A stretch of DNA of 64,000 nucleotides from Christensenella sp. UBA2853 (GTDB taxonomy: Bacteria; Bacillota; Clostridia; Christensenellales; Aristaeellaceae): positions 4,430-68,429 of the forward strand of contig DEFL01000013.1 of assembly GCA_002350845.1 (NCBI GenBank), given 5' to 3'. Every line of letters starts with the position of its first letter. Positions within the stretch are counted from its first letter, which is position 1. The position numbers and the translations under genes are program-made. Below the pieces are notes generated by a model. That model worked only from the letters and a program-made list of their open reading frames with translations, was not told the origin of the DNA and did no database searches. Positions 1-9,794 of the stretch are shown here, one piece after another.

Positions 1-60
1 GCCTTCCACAATGCGTCCGTACGGACGGAAGGCTTCATCTGCCACACTGTAAATCATCAT
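1..60 (-). CDS. First 20 codons (MMIYSVADEAFRPYGRIVEG) of a CDS running off the left edge; function not assignable
   Basis: ATGATG at 60-55 preceded by GAGGTGG RBS (rc of 67-73); open to the window edge; co-directional with the upstream ABC genes. Confidence 0.35.
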   Translation of the reverse strand, partial: MMIYSVADEAFRPYGRIVEG

Positions 61-96
61 ATCGGTCCACCTCTTCAGCAAAATTGTTGTGTTCCA

Positions 97-1176
97 TTAT
101 AGTAAGTGAGCGCATTCCTTGTCAAATGCGATCCATGCCGTATCGCCAACCTGATATATTTTTTTATTCACCGGGCAGTTGTCTGAGATCTTGACGAGCG
201 TATCGCCAACCCGCACATGATAATTCTGGTACGAGCCCATAAAGCAGCTGAGTTCAACCGTGCAGGACAGAAGTCCCGAATCCCCAATCTGAATTGCTTC
301 CGGTCTCAGGACAATCTCACGCTGCTCGCCCTTGGACACATGATCTCCGGCCTCTACCGTCACCCTGTGTCCATTCACATTCAGCACGGCCTCGCCCTTG
401 TCAACCGATTCAACGGCCCCTTTCAGGAAATTGCATTCACCGATGAAGTCTGCGACAAACTCGGAATTCGGATGATAATAGATTTCCATAGGCGTCCCCA
501 TCTGCGCAATGACGCCGCTTTTCATCAGGATAATCTGGTCCGAAATGGACATGGCCTCTGCCTGATCGTGCGTGACGTAGATCGCTGTAATGCCCAGCTT
601 CTGCTGAATTCTGCGGATCTCTGTACGCATCTGAACTCTCAGCTTCGCATCCAGGTTGGAAAGCGGTTCGTCAAACAGCAGAACACCAGGTTCAACCACG
701 AGCGCACGTGCGAGTGCAACACGCTGCTGCTGGCCGCCGGAAAGCTGGTTGGTCATACGTGACTCCATGCCGCTCAGTTCAACCAGTGCAAGGATCTCTT
801 CCACTCGACGTTCAATTTCGGCTTTCGGAACCTTGCGCAGTTTCAGACCATAGGCAACATTGTCAAAAACATTGTAGTGCGGGAACAGTGCATAGCTCTG
901 AAACACCATCGCCGTATCGCGCTTGTTGGGCGTCAGTGCATTGATCGGTTCACCGCCCAGATAGATTTCACCTTCGTCGGGGCTTTCAAAGCCTGCAATC
1001 ATTCGGAGCGTCGTCGTCTTTCCGCAGCCGGATGGTCCAAGGAGCGTAATAAAGCTCCCCGGCTTGATATCCAGGTTGCAGTCTTTGACGGCATAGAAAT
1101 CCTTCTTCGTTTTCGGATCCTGATAAATCTTGCTGATATGTTCAAGGCGTACGCCTTTCGGTTCTTTCACACTCAT
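97..1176 (-). CDS. ABC importer ATP-binding protein (PotA/FbpC type), 359 aa
   Basis: Walker A GPSGCGKTT, signature LSGGQQQR, Walker B LLFDEPLSNLD, C-terminal TOBE-like tail; AGGAGG RBS before ATG at 1176. Confidence 0.9.
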   Translation of the reverse strand: MSVKEPKGVRLEHISKIYQDPKTKKDFYAVKDCNLDIKPGSFITLLGPSGCGKTTTLRMIAGFESPDEGEIYLGGEPINALTPNKRDTAMVFQSYALFPHYNVFDNVAYGLKLRKVPKAEIERRVEEILALVELSGMESRMTNQLSGGQQQRVALARALVVEPGVLLFDEPLSNLDAKLRVQMRTEIRRIQQKLGITAIYVTHDQAEAMSISDQIILMKSGVIAQMGTPMEIYYHPNSEFVADFIGECNFLKGAVESVDKGEAVLNVNGHRVTVEAGDHVSKGEQREIVLRPEAIQIGDSGLLSCTVELSCFMGSYQNYHVRVGDTLVKISDNCPVNKKIYQVGDTAWIAFDKECAHLL

Positions 1177-1188
1177 GATTCTGCCTCC

Positions 1189-2943
1189 TTATCCTTTCTT
1201 TGCCAGCCTGGCAAGTTCCTGTTCTTCCTTCTCTGCTTTGCGCTGGACACGGCTGGTCCCGAAATACTTGATAAAGACATTCATCAGCAGGACCGCACCG
1301 TAGGTAATGACAATCAGAATTGTGGCAAACGCGCAGGCCAGACCATAGGATCCCTTTTCTGCAAACTCATTGATCTGCACTGTAATGAGCAGATAGTTTG
1401 GTGTGACCAGTAGAATGATGGCAGAAATTGCCGTGATCGAACGGACAAACGCTGTCACAAGACCGGAGAGGAAAGAATCCTTGATCAGGGGAAGTGTGAC
1501 GGAAGTAAAGACCTGGAAACTGTTTGCACCCATATCGTATGCAGATTCCTCAATGGATTTGTCAATCTGGCGGAGTGCAGAAATACCGCTCCGGGTGCCC
1601 GTGGGAAGAGAACGAACCACAAAGACAATAATGAGGATCAGCCCAGTCCCGTAGATGCCCTGCAGGAACCCTGTGTGGAACACGCCGCCAGCAAAGCCGC
1701 GGATATAGCCAATACCCAGAACGGTTCCGGGAACGGCCATCGCCAGCATGGAGACCACTTCAATGAATCCTTTGGCCTTAAACTTCTTTTTCACTACAAG
1801 ATAGGAAATAATCATGGACAGAAGGGCTGTGATCGGAGCTGAGATCAGGGAAAGCACAAAGGAATCCTTGAACGCCTTGAATCCCTTGTACCTTTCAAAG
1901 ACCTGCCGGAACCATTTGAGTGTCGGGGTGAAATTCCGCCCCCAGGTTGTAAAGGTTGCTCCGAAAGGAACGCAGATGTACATCAGAATCACGAACAGAG
2001 CAATCATGGAGCAGAGAATGGTCAGCGGCACCGTGACGGATCTTTCTTCAATCAGCATGCGTGCGCGGCTTGCCTTTCCTGTCAGGGTGGCAGCTGTTTT
2101 GCTCTCAAGATAGAACTTCTGTACGATAAACATCACCATCGTAATGGCCAGAAGAACCACAGCCATTGCGCAGGCGCCGTTCTTATCGTATGCGCCGGTA
2201 ATCTGAAGATAAATCGTTGTTGCCAGCGTATCGTACGACCCACCAATGAGCATGGGGTTGGCAAAGTCCGCTATGGATTCAATAAAGGTGACGAGAAATG
2301 CATTGCCCATGCCAGGGAGCAGAAGCGGAAACGTCACAGAAGTAAAGACCTTCATGCGCGACGCACCCATATCCCGGCTGGCTTCCTCCATGGAAGGGTC
2401 AATGTTCTTGAGCAGTCCGCGGAACATCATATAGCATACCGGGAAAAACGTCATGGTCTGAACAACAGCAATGCCCCAGAATCCATAAACATTGTTGTCA
2501 TAGATACCCAAAAGATGACGTGTGATAATACCGGCTTTACCGAAGAGCATGATCATGCTCAGGGACAGAACAAAAGGTGGAGAAACAACCGGGAGCATGG
2601 AGACCACCTTGAACAGCCCCGCCATAAAACGTGTGCGTACCTTGACATAAACTTCCACGTAGGCAAACAGCAGACCAATCAGCGTGGACAGAATGCCAAC
2701 GAGTGCGCCGACTTTCAGTGTATTGGTGATTGCAGTGCGAAAAGTTCTGCTGGCAAAGGATTTTTGGAAGAATTCCATGGTCAGCCCGGTCTCATTCGAA
2801 TACACCGCATCAACCAGCAGGATTGCAAGCGGGTAGACAATAAAGATCGTCAGGAATGCAATGAGCACGACAATGGTGCCCATCATGATGGGATCAGCCA
2901 GCAGCTTTCTGCGATCCAGACTCGCGCTCTGCCGATTACTCAC
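1189..2943 (-). CDS. ABC transporter permease, duplicated two-module FbpB-like type, 584 aa
   Basis: About 12 hydrophobic helices; two EAA-like loops (EEASRDMGASR, EESAYDMGANS); GTG start with AAGGAG RBS. Confidence 0.85.
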   Translation of the reverse strand: MSNRQSASLDRRKLLADPIMMGTIVVLIAFLTIFIVYPLAILLVDAVYSNETGLTMEFFQKSFASRTFRTAITNTLKVGALVGILSTLIGLLFAYVEVYVKVRTRFMAGLFKVVSMLPVVSPPFVLSLSMIMLFGKAGIITRHLLGIYDNNVYGFWGIAVVQTMTFFPVCYMMFRGLLKNIDPSMEEASRDMGASRMKVFTSVTFPLLLPGMGNAFLVTFIESIADFANPMLIGGSYDTLATTIYLQITGAYDKNGACAMAVVLLAITMVMFIVQKFYLESKTAATLTGKASRARMLIEERSVTVPLTILCSMIALFVILMYICVPFGATFTTWGRNFTPTLKWFRQVFERYKGFKAFKDSFVLSLISAPITALLSMIISYLVVKKKFKAKGFIEVVSMLAMAVPGTVLGIGYIRGFAGGVFHTGFLQGIYGTGLILIIVFVVRSLPTGTRSGISALRQIDKSIEESAYDMGANSFQVFTSVTLPLIKDSFLSGLVTAFVRSITAISAIILLVTPNYLLITVQINEFAEKGSYGLACAFATILIVITYGAVLLMNVFIKYFGTSRVQRKAEKEEQELARLAKKG

Positions 2944-3047
2944 AGGGCATCGCTCCTTTCCGTTTTCCGTTATGCGCTCCTTCAGGAATGACGGGACAGA
3001 ATTGAAAAATGAGGGACGGTTGCCCGTCCCTCAATCCTGTGATTCCA

Positions 3048-4133
3048 TCACTCGGTCTTGAAACGATCATCTCCGCCGCCCAGAGCATTCATGACCTCTT
3101 CGATGTAGGTCTTGATATTGTTCTTGGCATCCTCGAAGTCGTAATCCATGACATTTTCAGGATCCAGTCCGAACTCAGCGGCCTGAGCCGGCTGCTCAGC
3201 ATTGTCGAGGACCAGGAACTGATAGCTGCCATATTCGTCAGCCTGATTGACGCAATCGGGAGAAAGAGCATATTCAATCCACAGTTTCGCCGCATTCTCA
3301 TGCTTTGCGCCCTTGAAAATAGCGGTTGCACCGATTTCGAAAGACGTGCCGGAGGAAGGAACAACCAGACCGATGTTGTCATAGCCGTTATCGACAATCT
3401 GGGTAATACCGTCATGGAGGAAGCCAATGCCGATCACACATTCACCGGTGCCGACGTTCTTGGAAGGACCAGAACCGGACTTGGTATAAACCTGGACATT
3501 CTTATCAAGGTCCACCAGGTACTGGATGCCTGCATCATGTCCATACTTCTGAATCATGGTGTTGATGACCAGTTTGGCAGTACCGGCTGTGTTATAGTTG
3601 GACAGCCAGATCAGGCCTTTGTATTCTTCCTTCAGAAGATCGGGCCAGTCCTGAGGCACTTCGAGCTTCATGCGTTCGAGTTCTTCACGGTTGACCATGA
3701 AGCCCAGAATTCCCTTGTAAATGCCATACCAGTTGCCATCAGCATCACGGTAGGCCGGTCCAAGCAGATGGCTTGCATTCTTGGCTTCATAGGGAAGCAG
3801 CAGGCCTTCAGCTGCGCAGACGTTGTACGGGTCTGTCGTGCCGCCGAACCAGACGTCAGCAGAGGGATTGCCGTTCTCTTCTTCGATCTTGGACTGCACT
3901 TCACCTGTGGAAAGACGCTGATGCGTGACCTTGATTCCGTACAGCTTTTCGAAGCCGTCACAGGCAGCAGCAAGATAGTCTTCCTCGCAGGAACCGTAAA
4001 CAACCAGTTCGCCTTCAGCCTGAGCAGCAGCGACCAGCTCTGCGTCAGCGTTGACCTGATCTGCAGATGCAAACGCAACACAGCTCATGACCATCATGAT
4101 GGCCATCAGCATAGAAAGAAACTTTCTCATCAT
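3048..4133 (-). CDS. ABC transporter solute-binding lipoprotein (FbpA/PotD-like), 361 aa
   Basis: Signal peptide with lipobox-like VMSC; AGGAGG RBS; first gene of an SBP-permease-ATPase operon. Confidence 0.8.
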   Translation of the reverse strand: MMRKFLSMLMAIMMVMSCVAFASADQVNADAELVAAAQAEGELVVYGSCEEDYLAAACDGFEKLYGIKVTHQRLSTGEVQSKIEEENGNPSADVWFGGTTDPYNVCAAEGLLLPYEAKNASHLLGPAYRDADGNWYGIYKGILGFMVNREELERMKLEVPQDWPDLLKEEYKGLIWLSNYNTAGTAKLVINTMIQKYGHDAGIQYLVDLDKNVQVYTKSGSGPSKNVGTGECVIGIGFLHDGITQIVDNGYDNIGLVVPSSGTSFEIGATAIFKGAKHENAAKLWIEYALSPDCVNQADEYGSYQFLVLDNAEQPAQAAEFGLDPENVMDYDFEDAKNNIKTYIEEVMNALGGGDDRFKTE

Positions 4134-4236
4134 AAAGAAGAGCCTCCTTAAAATGTGTTATTTGGTTACCTGAGAGAAATTATAGACATTCCCGCATCCC
4201 ATGTCAAGGATCATTTCCCAATCGTACTTTTTTCCT

Positions 4237-4764
4237 TTACACTTCCGCTTCGATCCGATCGAGTGCCCTGCCGAAAGCCTCATCATTATGGTCCATCACA
4301 TGATTGCGAAAAAGATGGAAGGGTGCGATCTGGACATCATTGACTTCAGTACGGGACAGACGGAATCCGCCTGCAGGTATGGAAGCACGGCATGCAAAGA
4401 CGGTAATGATCAGGCCGGTGCCGTCGTCCCAGTCTGCATAATACTGATGATACACTTTCAGGTCTGCTTCTTTTACAGAAACACCGAGCTCCTCATACGC
4501 TTCGCGTACGGCTGCGGCACCGGGCGTCTCGCCCGCCTGAACGCCGCCTCCGGTGACATCCCACTTTCCCGGATAAAAGCGCGCTTTCAAAGAGCGCTGC
4601 TGCATAATGTACATGCCTTCACCTTTTCCGGGATCCGGACTGTTTTCCGTCTTCATGACCAGAATGGCATGCAGGAAATACTGTCCCCTTTCCCTTGGCG
4701 CATGCTTTTCCACCACTTTTCCTGTCGCTGTTCCATCCCGTCTGTACACCTCATGGTACTCCAT
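4237..4764 (-). CDS. NUDIX hydrolase, about 175 aa
   Basis: Nudix box GGGVQAGETPGAAAVREAYEELGV; GGGAGGG RBS precedes the internal ATG at 4764, whereas the ORF-track start at 4881 has none. Confidence 0.8.
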   Translation of the reverse strand: MEYHEVYRRDGTATGKVVEKHAPRERGQYFLHAILVMKTENSPDPGKGEGMYIMQQRSLKARFYPGKWDVTGGGVQAGETPGAAAVREAYEELGVSVKEADLKVYHQYYADWDDGTGLIITVFACRASIPAGGFRLSRTEVNDVQIAPFHLFRNHVMDHNDEAFGRALDRIEAEV

Positions 4765-4935
4765 CGTCGAATCCCTCCCATTTCTCTCCTGCATTATACC
4801 ATGGACTGCGCTGAACTGTCCTGCAGCTCCACACCCGCCGCATTGACAGCGTTTCCAGAGCTCTGCTACAATCTGATGCATCCAGACAACGCTGCTTTTC
4901 AGGGATGCATTCCCAAGCTGAAAGGAGCCTCGTTC

Positions 4936-6117
4936 ATGAAAACTCTACAGGACATTCTGCAGAAGGATTCACTGATGGTCATCGGTCTGATGAGCGGAAC
5001 CAGCGCAGATGGCATGGACGCCGCACTGACCGAGATCACAGGCCGTTCCACTGCGATGCAAGTCCGCCAGATTGCATTCGTCTCCCTTCCCTATCCTGAA
5101 GCGGTGCGAAATGAGATTCTTCGCCTGGCCTCCGGTAAGCAGGGCGGTTCCCATGACCTTGCTCTTTTCCATTTCTATCTTGGGCACCAGGCAGCCGACG
5201 CCTGCCGAGAGGTCTGCCGGAAAGCAGGCATCTCTCTGGCTGAGGTGGATCTGGTCGGCAGTCACGGACAAACCCTGTGGCATATCCCTGTGGGTGAAGA
5301 CTATCTCGGCATGAAGCTGAAAGCCACCCTTCAGCTTGGCGAACCTTCCGTCATCGCCGAAGCCCTTGGCTGCCCTGTTGTCAGTGATTTTCGTGTGCGC
5401 GATATGGCGGCCGGCGGCCTGGGTGCTCCACTCGTTCCCTACACCGAATACCTTCTCTACCGCAGGGAAGACCGGTGTGTGGGTCTGCAGAATATCGGTG
5501 GGATCGGCAATCTGACCATCATTCCCCGAGGCGCCGACCTGAAAGATGTCTCTGCCTTCGATACCGGTCCCGGAAACATGGTCATTGATCAGCTTACAGA
5601 AATCGTGACGGAAGGCAAACAGCACTATGATGCAGATGGGAAGCTCGCACTGGCAGGCCAGGTTTCTTCTGCACTTCTTTCGTGGATGATGGAGGATCCC
5701 TACCTGTCCGCTCTTCCGCCAAAAACCACCGGACGCGAAGCATACGGAGACGCCTATATCAGCCGGTTCCTGTCCACAGCCAGGGAGCTGAATGTGTCAG
5801 CGCCGGATATGATTACAACGGCGACTGCATTCACTGTGGAAACCATCCGCTACGCCATGGATCACTTCTGTCATCCCCGGCCCGAGGAACTGATTGTCGG
5901 CGGCGGAGGCTGCCGCAATCCCGCGCTGATGAGCATGCTGCGCAAACGTCTGGACCTGCCTGTCCTGTGCAATGAGGACCTCGGATATGATTCCGATGCA
6001 AAAGAAGCCGTGGCTTTCGCCATGCTGGCAGCCGAGTGCATCCACGGTGTCTGCAATAATGTCCCTGCAGTGACAGGGGCTGCGCACCCGGTTGTCATGG
6101 GGAAAATCAGCATATGA
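4936..6117 (+). CDS. anmK: Anhydro-N-acetylmuramic acid kinase, 393 aa
   Basis: N-terminal GLMSGTSADGMDAAL motif and overall AnmK-like sequence; AAAGGAG RBS at 4921-4927; the upstream part of ORF 4201-6117 overlaps the NUDIX gene and is not coding. Confidence 0.85.
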   Translation: MKTLQDILQKDSLMVIGLMSGTSADGMDAALTEITGRSTAMQVRQIAFVSLPYPEAVRNEILRLASGKQGGSHDLALFHFYLGHQAADACREVCRKAGISLAEVDLVGSHGQTLWHIPVGEDYLGMKLKATLQLGEPSVIAEALGCPVVSDFRVRDMAAGGLGAPLVPYTEYLLYRREDRCVGLQNIGGIGNLTIIPRGADLKDVSAFDTGPGNMVIDQLTEIVTEGKQHYDADGKLALAGQVSSALLSWMMEDPYLSALPPKTTGREAYGDAYISRFLSTARELNVSAPDMITTATAFTVETIRYAMDHFCHPRPEELIVGGGGCRNPALMSMLRKRLDLPVLCNEDLGYDSDAKEAVAFAMLAAECIHGVCNNVPAVTGAAHPVVMGKISI

Positions 6118-6147
6118 AAAGCAGCCGTCCAGGCTGCTTTTCATATG
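6111..6147. terminator. Bidirectional intrinsic terminator between convergent anmK and the serine hydrolase gene
   Basis: Perfect palindrome CATATGAAAAGCAGCC-gtcca-GGCTGCTTTTCATATG with A/T runs on both sides. Confidence 0.85.
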
Positions 6148-6184
6148 GGCTCCGGGAACGCTGCATTCCCGCGCGCGCCCATGC

Positions 6185-7237
6185 TTATAATGCCTCTGCT
6201 CCAAGGGCAAATACGGTCTCGTGCAGAGCTCTTCTGAATTCACCGGTGTTATGATGATTGGCTTCCGGAAAGAAAAGCCGGTTTGTAAATGCTACGCAGC
6301 CGATGTTCTTCTCCCTTGAGAAATAGATGCTTGTCCCTGTAAACCCTGTATGCCCGCAGCCATACGGATAGGTCATGCCGGTCTGCAGTCCGAGTCCTCT
6401 TTCCGGGGAGACAGGCTGCTCCTTCTGTGCCCTTACCAGCAGCTCAGAGGATGTCGTCATATAATACTGGCACAGACGCATATAACTCTCTGTCGTTGCA
6501 TAGATCCCGGCATGTCCTGCAACATCTCCAAAGTAATAATGGCTGTTTCCGTCATTGACCATGCCCGGAGCCGGAACGCCGAGCGGGCGGAATCCGTCAA
6601 AGGAGATATTCCGTTCCCTGCACATGTTCATCTCAATCGCATTGCCATAATCCGCAGGAATGATTCTCTCCCGCTCCTGCGGGCAGAACATCATATCCCC
6701 AAGTCCCAGCGGCTGAACCAGCTCTTCCTGAAGGCAGACCGAGAGCGGTTTGCGCAGTGTCTCTTCCAGGAGCTTTCCCAGAATCATGAAATTCAGGTCC
6801 GAATACACGACTCCCCTGGTCACTTCCGTATGGGAAAGTGCGTATGCCAGCGTCTCATAGAAATCTTCCCCGCATCTGGAATAAAAAGGATACCAGTCCG
6901 TGAGTGTGGAGGTATGCGTCAGAAGCATTTCCAGCGTAATGCCCTTCATCCGTGCCTGCAGATACGGATGTGCCGCAATCGATGGAAGCAGATTGGCAAT
7001 CTCATCCTCCAGCCGGAATGCGCCATGCTCTACCATGCGGAGCACCATCGTCGCCGTGGCTATTTTGGTCAGCGAAGCCACATCAAAAAGTGAAGTATCC
7101 TTTGCGTTGCCTGCGCAGAAAGTCACCAGACTCTTCTCCCTGTTGAACACGCGGACTGCAGCATCCGGAAAAAAGCCTGCTTCTCTGTACCGGCATGTTA
7201 CATTCACAACCGCCTGTTCCAGTCTTTGAAGATCCAT
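6185..7237 (-). CDS. Serine hydrolase, class C beta-lactamase / PBP4*-like family, 350 aa
   Basis: SxxK (ASLTK), YSD, and HTG (CGHTGFTG) motifs; AGGGAG RBS. Confidence 0.8.
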   Translation of the reverse strand: MDLQRLEQAVVNVTCRYREAGFFPDAAVRVFNREKSLVTFCAGNAKDTSLFDVASLTKIATATMVLRMVEHGAFRLEDEIANLLPSIAAHPYLQARMKGITLEMLLTHTSTLTDWYPFYSRCGEDFYETLAYALSHTEVTRGVVYSDLNFMILGKLLEETLRKPLSVCLQEELVQPLGLGDMMFCPQERERIIPADYGNAIEMNMCRERNISFDGFRPLGVPAPGMVNDGNSHYYFGDVAGHAGIYATTESYMRLCQYYMTTSSELLVRAQKEQPVSPERGLGLQTGMTYPYGCGHTGFTGTSIYFSREKNIGCVAFTNRLFFPEANHHNTGEFRRALHETVFALGAEAL

Positions 7238-7250
7238 GCTGCATCTCCCT

Positions 7251-8444
7251 TTACGCAGTCTTTTGCTTTTTCATCTTTTTCAGAATCATGAGTCCGGCAA
7301 TCAGAAGCGCCGGAAACACAGCCGCTGCCAGAATCCCCATGCGCAGGTTTTCCCCTGCAAGGGCTGAGAATTCACCCACAGTCAGCGGGCCAAGTGTTCC
7401 GCCGAGGTCCCCGGCCAGCGCAAGAAGCGCAAACATCGCGGTTCCGCCCCTGGGACAGGCTTTGGATGATATGCTGATGGTTCCCGGCCACATGACGCCC
7501 ACGGTAATGCCTGTCATCGCGCATCCGATCAATCCAACGACAGGCGAAGGAATCAGGGCCGCTGTCAGATAGCAGACCACACAGAGTGCAGCGCATCCGG
7601 TCATATAGTTTTCCAGCTGCATTGTCTCACTTTTACGGCTGTAAAACACGCGGGACAGGCCCATCACAATGGCAAAGAAGAATGGACCGGCAAGATCGCC
7701 AATGGTTTTGCTGACACCCAGCGCTGCCTCTGCAAAGGCAGATGCCCACTGAGCCATGGAAAGCTCAGATGCACCGGAACAGACCATGAGGAGGGCAAGC
7801 AGCCAGAAAAGCGGCAGCCGAAAAAGCTGAAGAATGGTCATGCTTTTCCCGTCCTCCACCAGATGTTCGATGGGGCAAACCGCAAAGTTTATAATATTGT
7901 ACAGAGGGATCAAGGCCCAGAGACAGGTCAGAATCTTCCAGCTGCTCACTCCGAAGACGGCAAAGAACAGAGAAGACAGCAGAATGACTGCCGCGGATCC
8001 CCAGCAGTAGAAGGAGTGCACCAGGCTCATGACGCCTTCTTTATTATCAAACGGGCAGGCCTCGACAATCGGGCTGACCAGCACTTCAATCAATCCGCTG
8101 CCCACAGCATACACCACAACACAGGCAAGAATTCCGACAAACGGATCCGGGAGCAGTTCCGGAAGGCATGCCATGCCAATCAGTCCGACGGATGACAGCA
8201 CTTCTGAGAGCACGACGCTGAACCGGTATCCAATGCGGTCAACGAACTTGGCACAGATGAAGTCCGTAATCAGCTGTGTGAAGAAAAACAGCGTGGGAAT
8301 CAGTGCAATTCGATCCAGTGAAATCCCATACTGTGACCGGAATGTGAGAAACAGAAGCGGTGCAAAATTGGCTGAAATTGCCTGTGTCACGAATCCCAGA
8401 TAGCAGGCTTTCAGTGTCCGCCGATAATTGGGTCTGGTTTCCAT
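7251..8444 (-). CDS. MFS transporter, about 397 aa
   Basis: 12-TM hydrophobic profile; start moved to the ATG at 8444, which follows GGAGGGA; the stop lies 13 nt before the hydrolase gene. Confidence 0.75.
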   Translation of the reverse strand: METRPNYRRTLKACYLGFVTQAISANFAPLLFLTFRSQYGISLDRIALIPTLFFFTQLITDFICAKFVDRIGYRFSVVLSEVLSSVGLIGMACLPELLPDPFVGILACVVVYAVGSGLIEVLVSPIVEACPFDNKEGVMSLVHSFYCWGSAAVILLSSLFFAVFGVSSWKILTCLWALIPLYNIINFAVCPIEHLVEDGKSMTILQLFRLPLFWLLALLMVCSGASELSMAQWASAFAEAALGVSKTIGDLAGPFFFAIVMGLSRVFYSRKSETMQLENYMTGCAALCVVCYLTAALIPSPVVGLIGCAMTGITVGVMWPGTISISSKACPRGGTAMFALLALAGDLGGTLGPLTVGEFSALAGENLRMGILAAAVFPALLIAGLMILKKMKKQKTA

Positions 8445-8690
8445 ACGTTCCCTCCAGCTTCCAGCCTGCAAATCGTATGGCAGGCTCCGAGCAGTGGCAT
8501 TGTATCATACTTTGCAGGTTCAAAATACACATAATCAACCTTTTTCTTTGAATGGAAATAGCAGTAATCGACAATACATATCCTGCATTTTCAGGTACGC
8601 TGACCCGGACGATTCCCAGGATTTCATGGGATGCTGATGTTTTTTCTCCGTTCTTCTTTTCGAGACATGCAATCCTCCTTTTCTCCTGTG

Positions 8691-8720
8691 TTGACTTCCA
8701 TGTTTTCTCCATGCTAGAAT
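8691..8720 (+). promoter_or_regulatory. Sigma-A-like promoter for the amino-acid ABC / M20 operon leader
   Basis: -35 TTGACT (8691-8696), 18-nt spacer, extended -10 TGcTAGAAT (8712-8720). Confidence 0.5.
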
Positions 8721-8783
8721 GCATTGCTGTTGGTAGTTTTTTCCATCTTTTGACCTCGTACTGACAGCAAACCGGAAATAACG

Positions 8784-8826
8784 CTGTTTTCTCAACACGC
8801 TCCGGCGAGAAACAGTTGTTTTTCTC
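8784..8826 (+). terminator. Intrinsic terminator inside the 5' leader, 30 nt upstream of the SBP start (attenuator-type element)
   Basis: CTGTTTTCTC-n13-GAGAAACAG followed by TTGTTTTTCTC. Confidence 0.6.
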
Positions 8827-8855
8827 TAACTTTTCTGAAAGGGTGGCTTCATTTT

Positions 8856-9659
8856 ATGAAAAAAATGCTTGCACTTGTGTTCTCCCTGGTCATGGCAATG
8901 ACCATCCTTGTTGCCTCGGTCTCATCCGCCGAAACCGTCGATCTTCTCTCCCAGATCAAGGAAAGAGGATATATCATCATCGCAACCGAAGGCGACTGGG
9001 CACCGTGGACATACCATGATGAATCCAATCAGCTGGTCGGCCTGGACGTTGAAATCGGCACTGCGATCGCTGAACAACTCGGTGTTGAGGCTCGTTTTGA
9101 AGAGACCAACTGGGATTCCATTCTGCAGGGTGTTGATTCCGGCCGTTTCGATCTTGCCTGCAACGGAGTCGGTTATACCGAAACCCGCGCTGAAAAATAC
9201 AGCTTCTCTACGCCGTATGTCTATACCCACAAAGTGCTCGTTGTCCGCAAGGATAATGAGGAGATCAAGTCCTTTGAAGATCTCAAGGGCAAAAAGACAG
9301 CCAACACCGCCTCTTCCACCTATGCTGCCATCGCAGAAGAATACGGTGCGACGGTCACCGGTGTTGATGCTCTTGCCGACACGCTCCAGCTCGTCCTTCA
9401 GCGCCGTGTGGATGCAACCATCAACTCCCAGGTCACCATCAACGATTACATGATCGCTCATCCTGAGGCTGAGATCAAAGTGGTGGATGAAGGCCCCGGC
9501 GAACCGGTTGCCATTCCGGTGCGCAAGGCGGATGATACCGCTACCCTGATCGCCGCCATCAACGAAGCCCTCGATGCCATGCGCGCCGACGGTACGCTGG
9601 CTGCGATTTCCATCAAATATTTCAATGGTCTGGATCTGACAGGTATGCCTCAGGAATAA
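8856..9659 (+). CDS. Polar amino acid (cystine/glutamine-type) ABC transporter substrate-binding protein, 267 aa
   Basis: Signal peptide; family-3 SBP-like sequence (ATEGDWAPW, GLDVEI); grouped with matching permease and ATPase genes. Confidence 0.85.
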   Translation: MKKMLALVFSLVMAMTILVASVSSAETVDLLSQIKERGYIIIATEGDWAPWTYHDESNQLVGLDVEIGTAIAEQLGVEARFEETNWDSILQGVDSGRFDLACNGVGYTETRAEKYSFSTPYVYTHKVLVVRKDNEEIKSFEDLKGKKTANTASSTYAAIAEEYGATVTGVDALADTLQLVLQRRVDATINSQVTINDYMIAHPEAEIKVVDEGPGEPVAIPVRKADDTATLIAAINEALDAMRADGTLAAISIKYFNGLDLTGMPQE

Positions 9660-9674
9660 TCTTCCCGCGTTCCA

Positions 9675-9702
9675 AGAGCAGTGCTGCATGCACTGCTCTT
9701 TT
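9675..9702 (+). terminator. Intrinsic terminator after the SBP gene (probably partial, internal to the operon)
   Basis: AGAGCAGTGC-tgcat-GCACTGCTCT followed by TTT. Confidence 0.7.
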
Positions 9703-9794
9703 CCTGCCTTTTCCTTGCGACTTTCCAGTGCGTATGATATCATGCACAGGCATGTCTTATTGCTTTTTCATGCCTGTGATGAGGAGCCCGACAC

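Noticed and set aside
4201-4935. N-terminal 245-aa extension of the 638-aa ORF containing AnmK
   Set aside because: It overlaps the well-supported NUDIX gene on the other strand and has no RBS. The AnmK homology starts at MKTLQDIL, which has an AAAGGAG RBS at 4921-4927.
8624-8668. 14-codon minus-strand mini-ORF (MSRKEERRKNISIP) behind a perfect AAGGAGG RBS upstream of the MFS operon
   Set aside because: It lies upstream of the likely MFS promoter (extended -10 TGaTACAAT near 8500). The purine-rich RBS look-alike is the reverse complement of the pyrimidine tract next to the plus-strand promoter. Nothing supports it beyond the RBS.
8727-8855. T-box or S-box riboswitch in the amino-acid ABC leader
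   Set aside because: The leader from the predicted promoter is only about 95 nt. There is no T-box consensus (GGTGGTACCGCG-like) and no S-box-like four-way junction sequence. It is reported only as a generic attenuator candidate.
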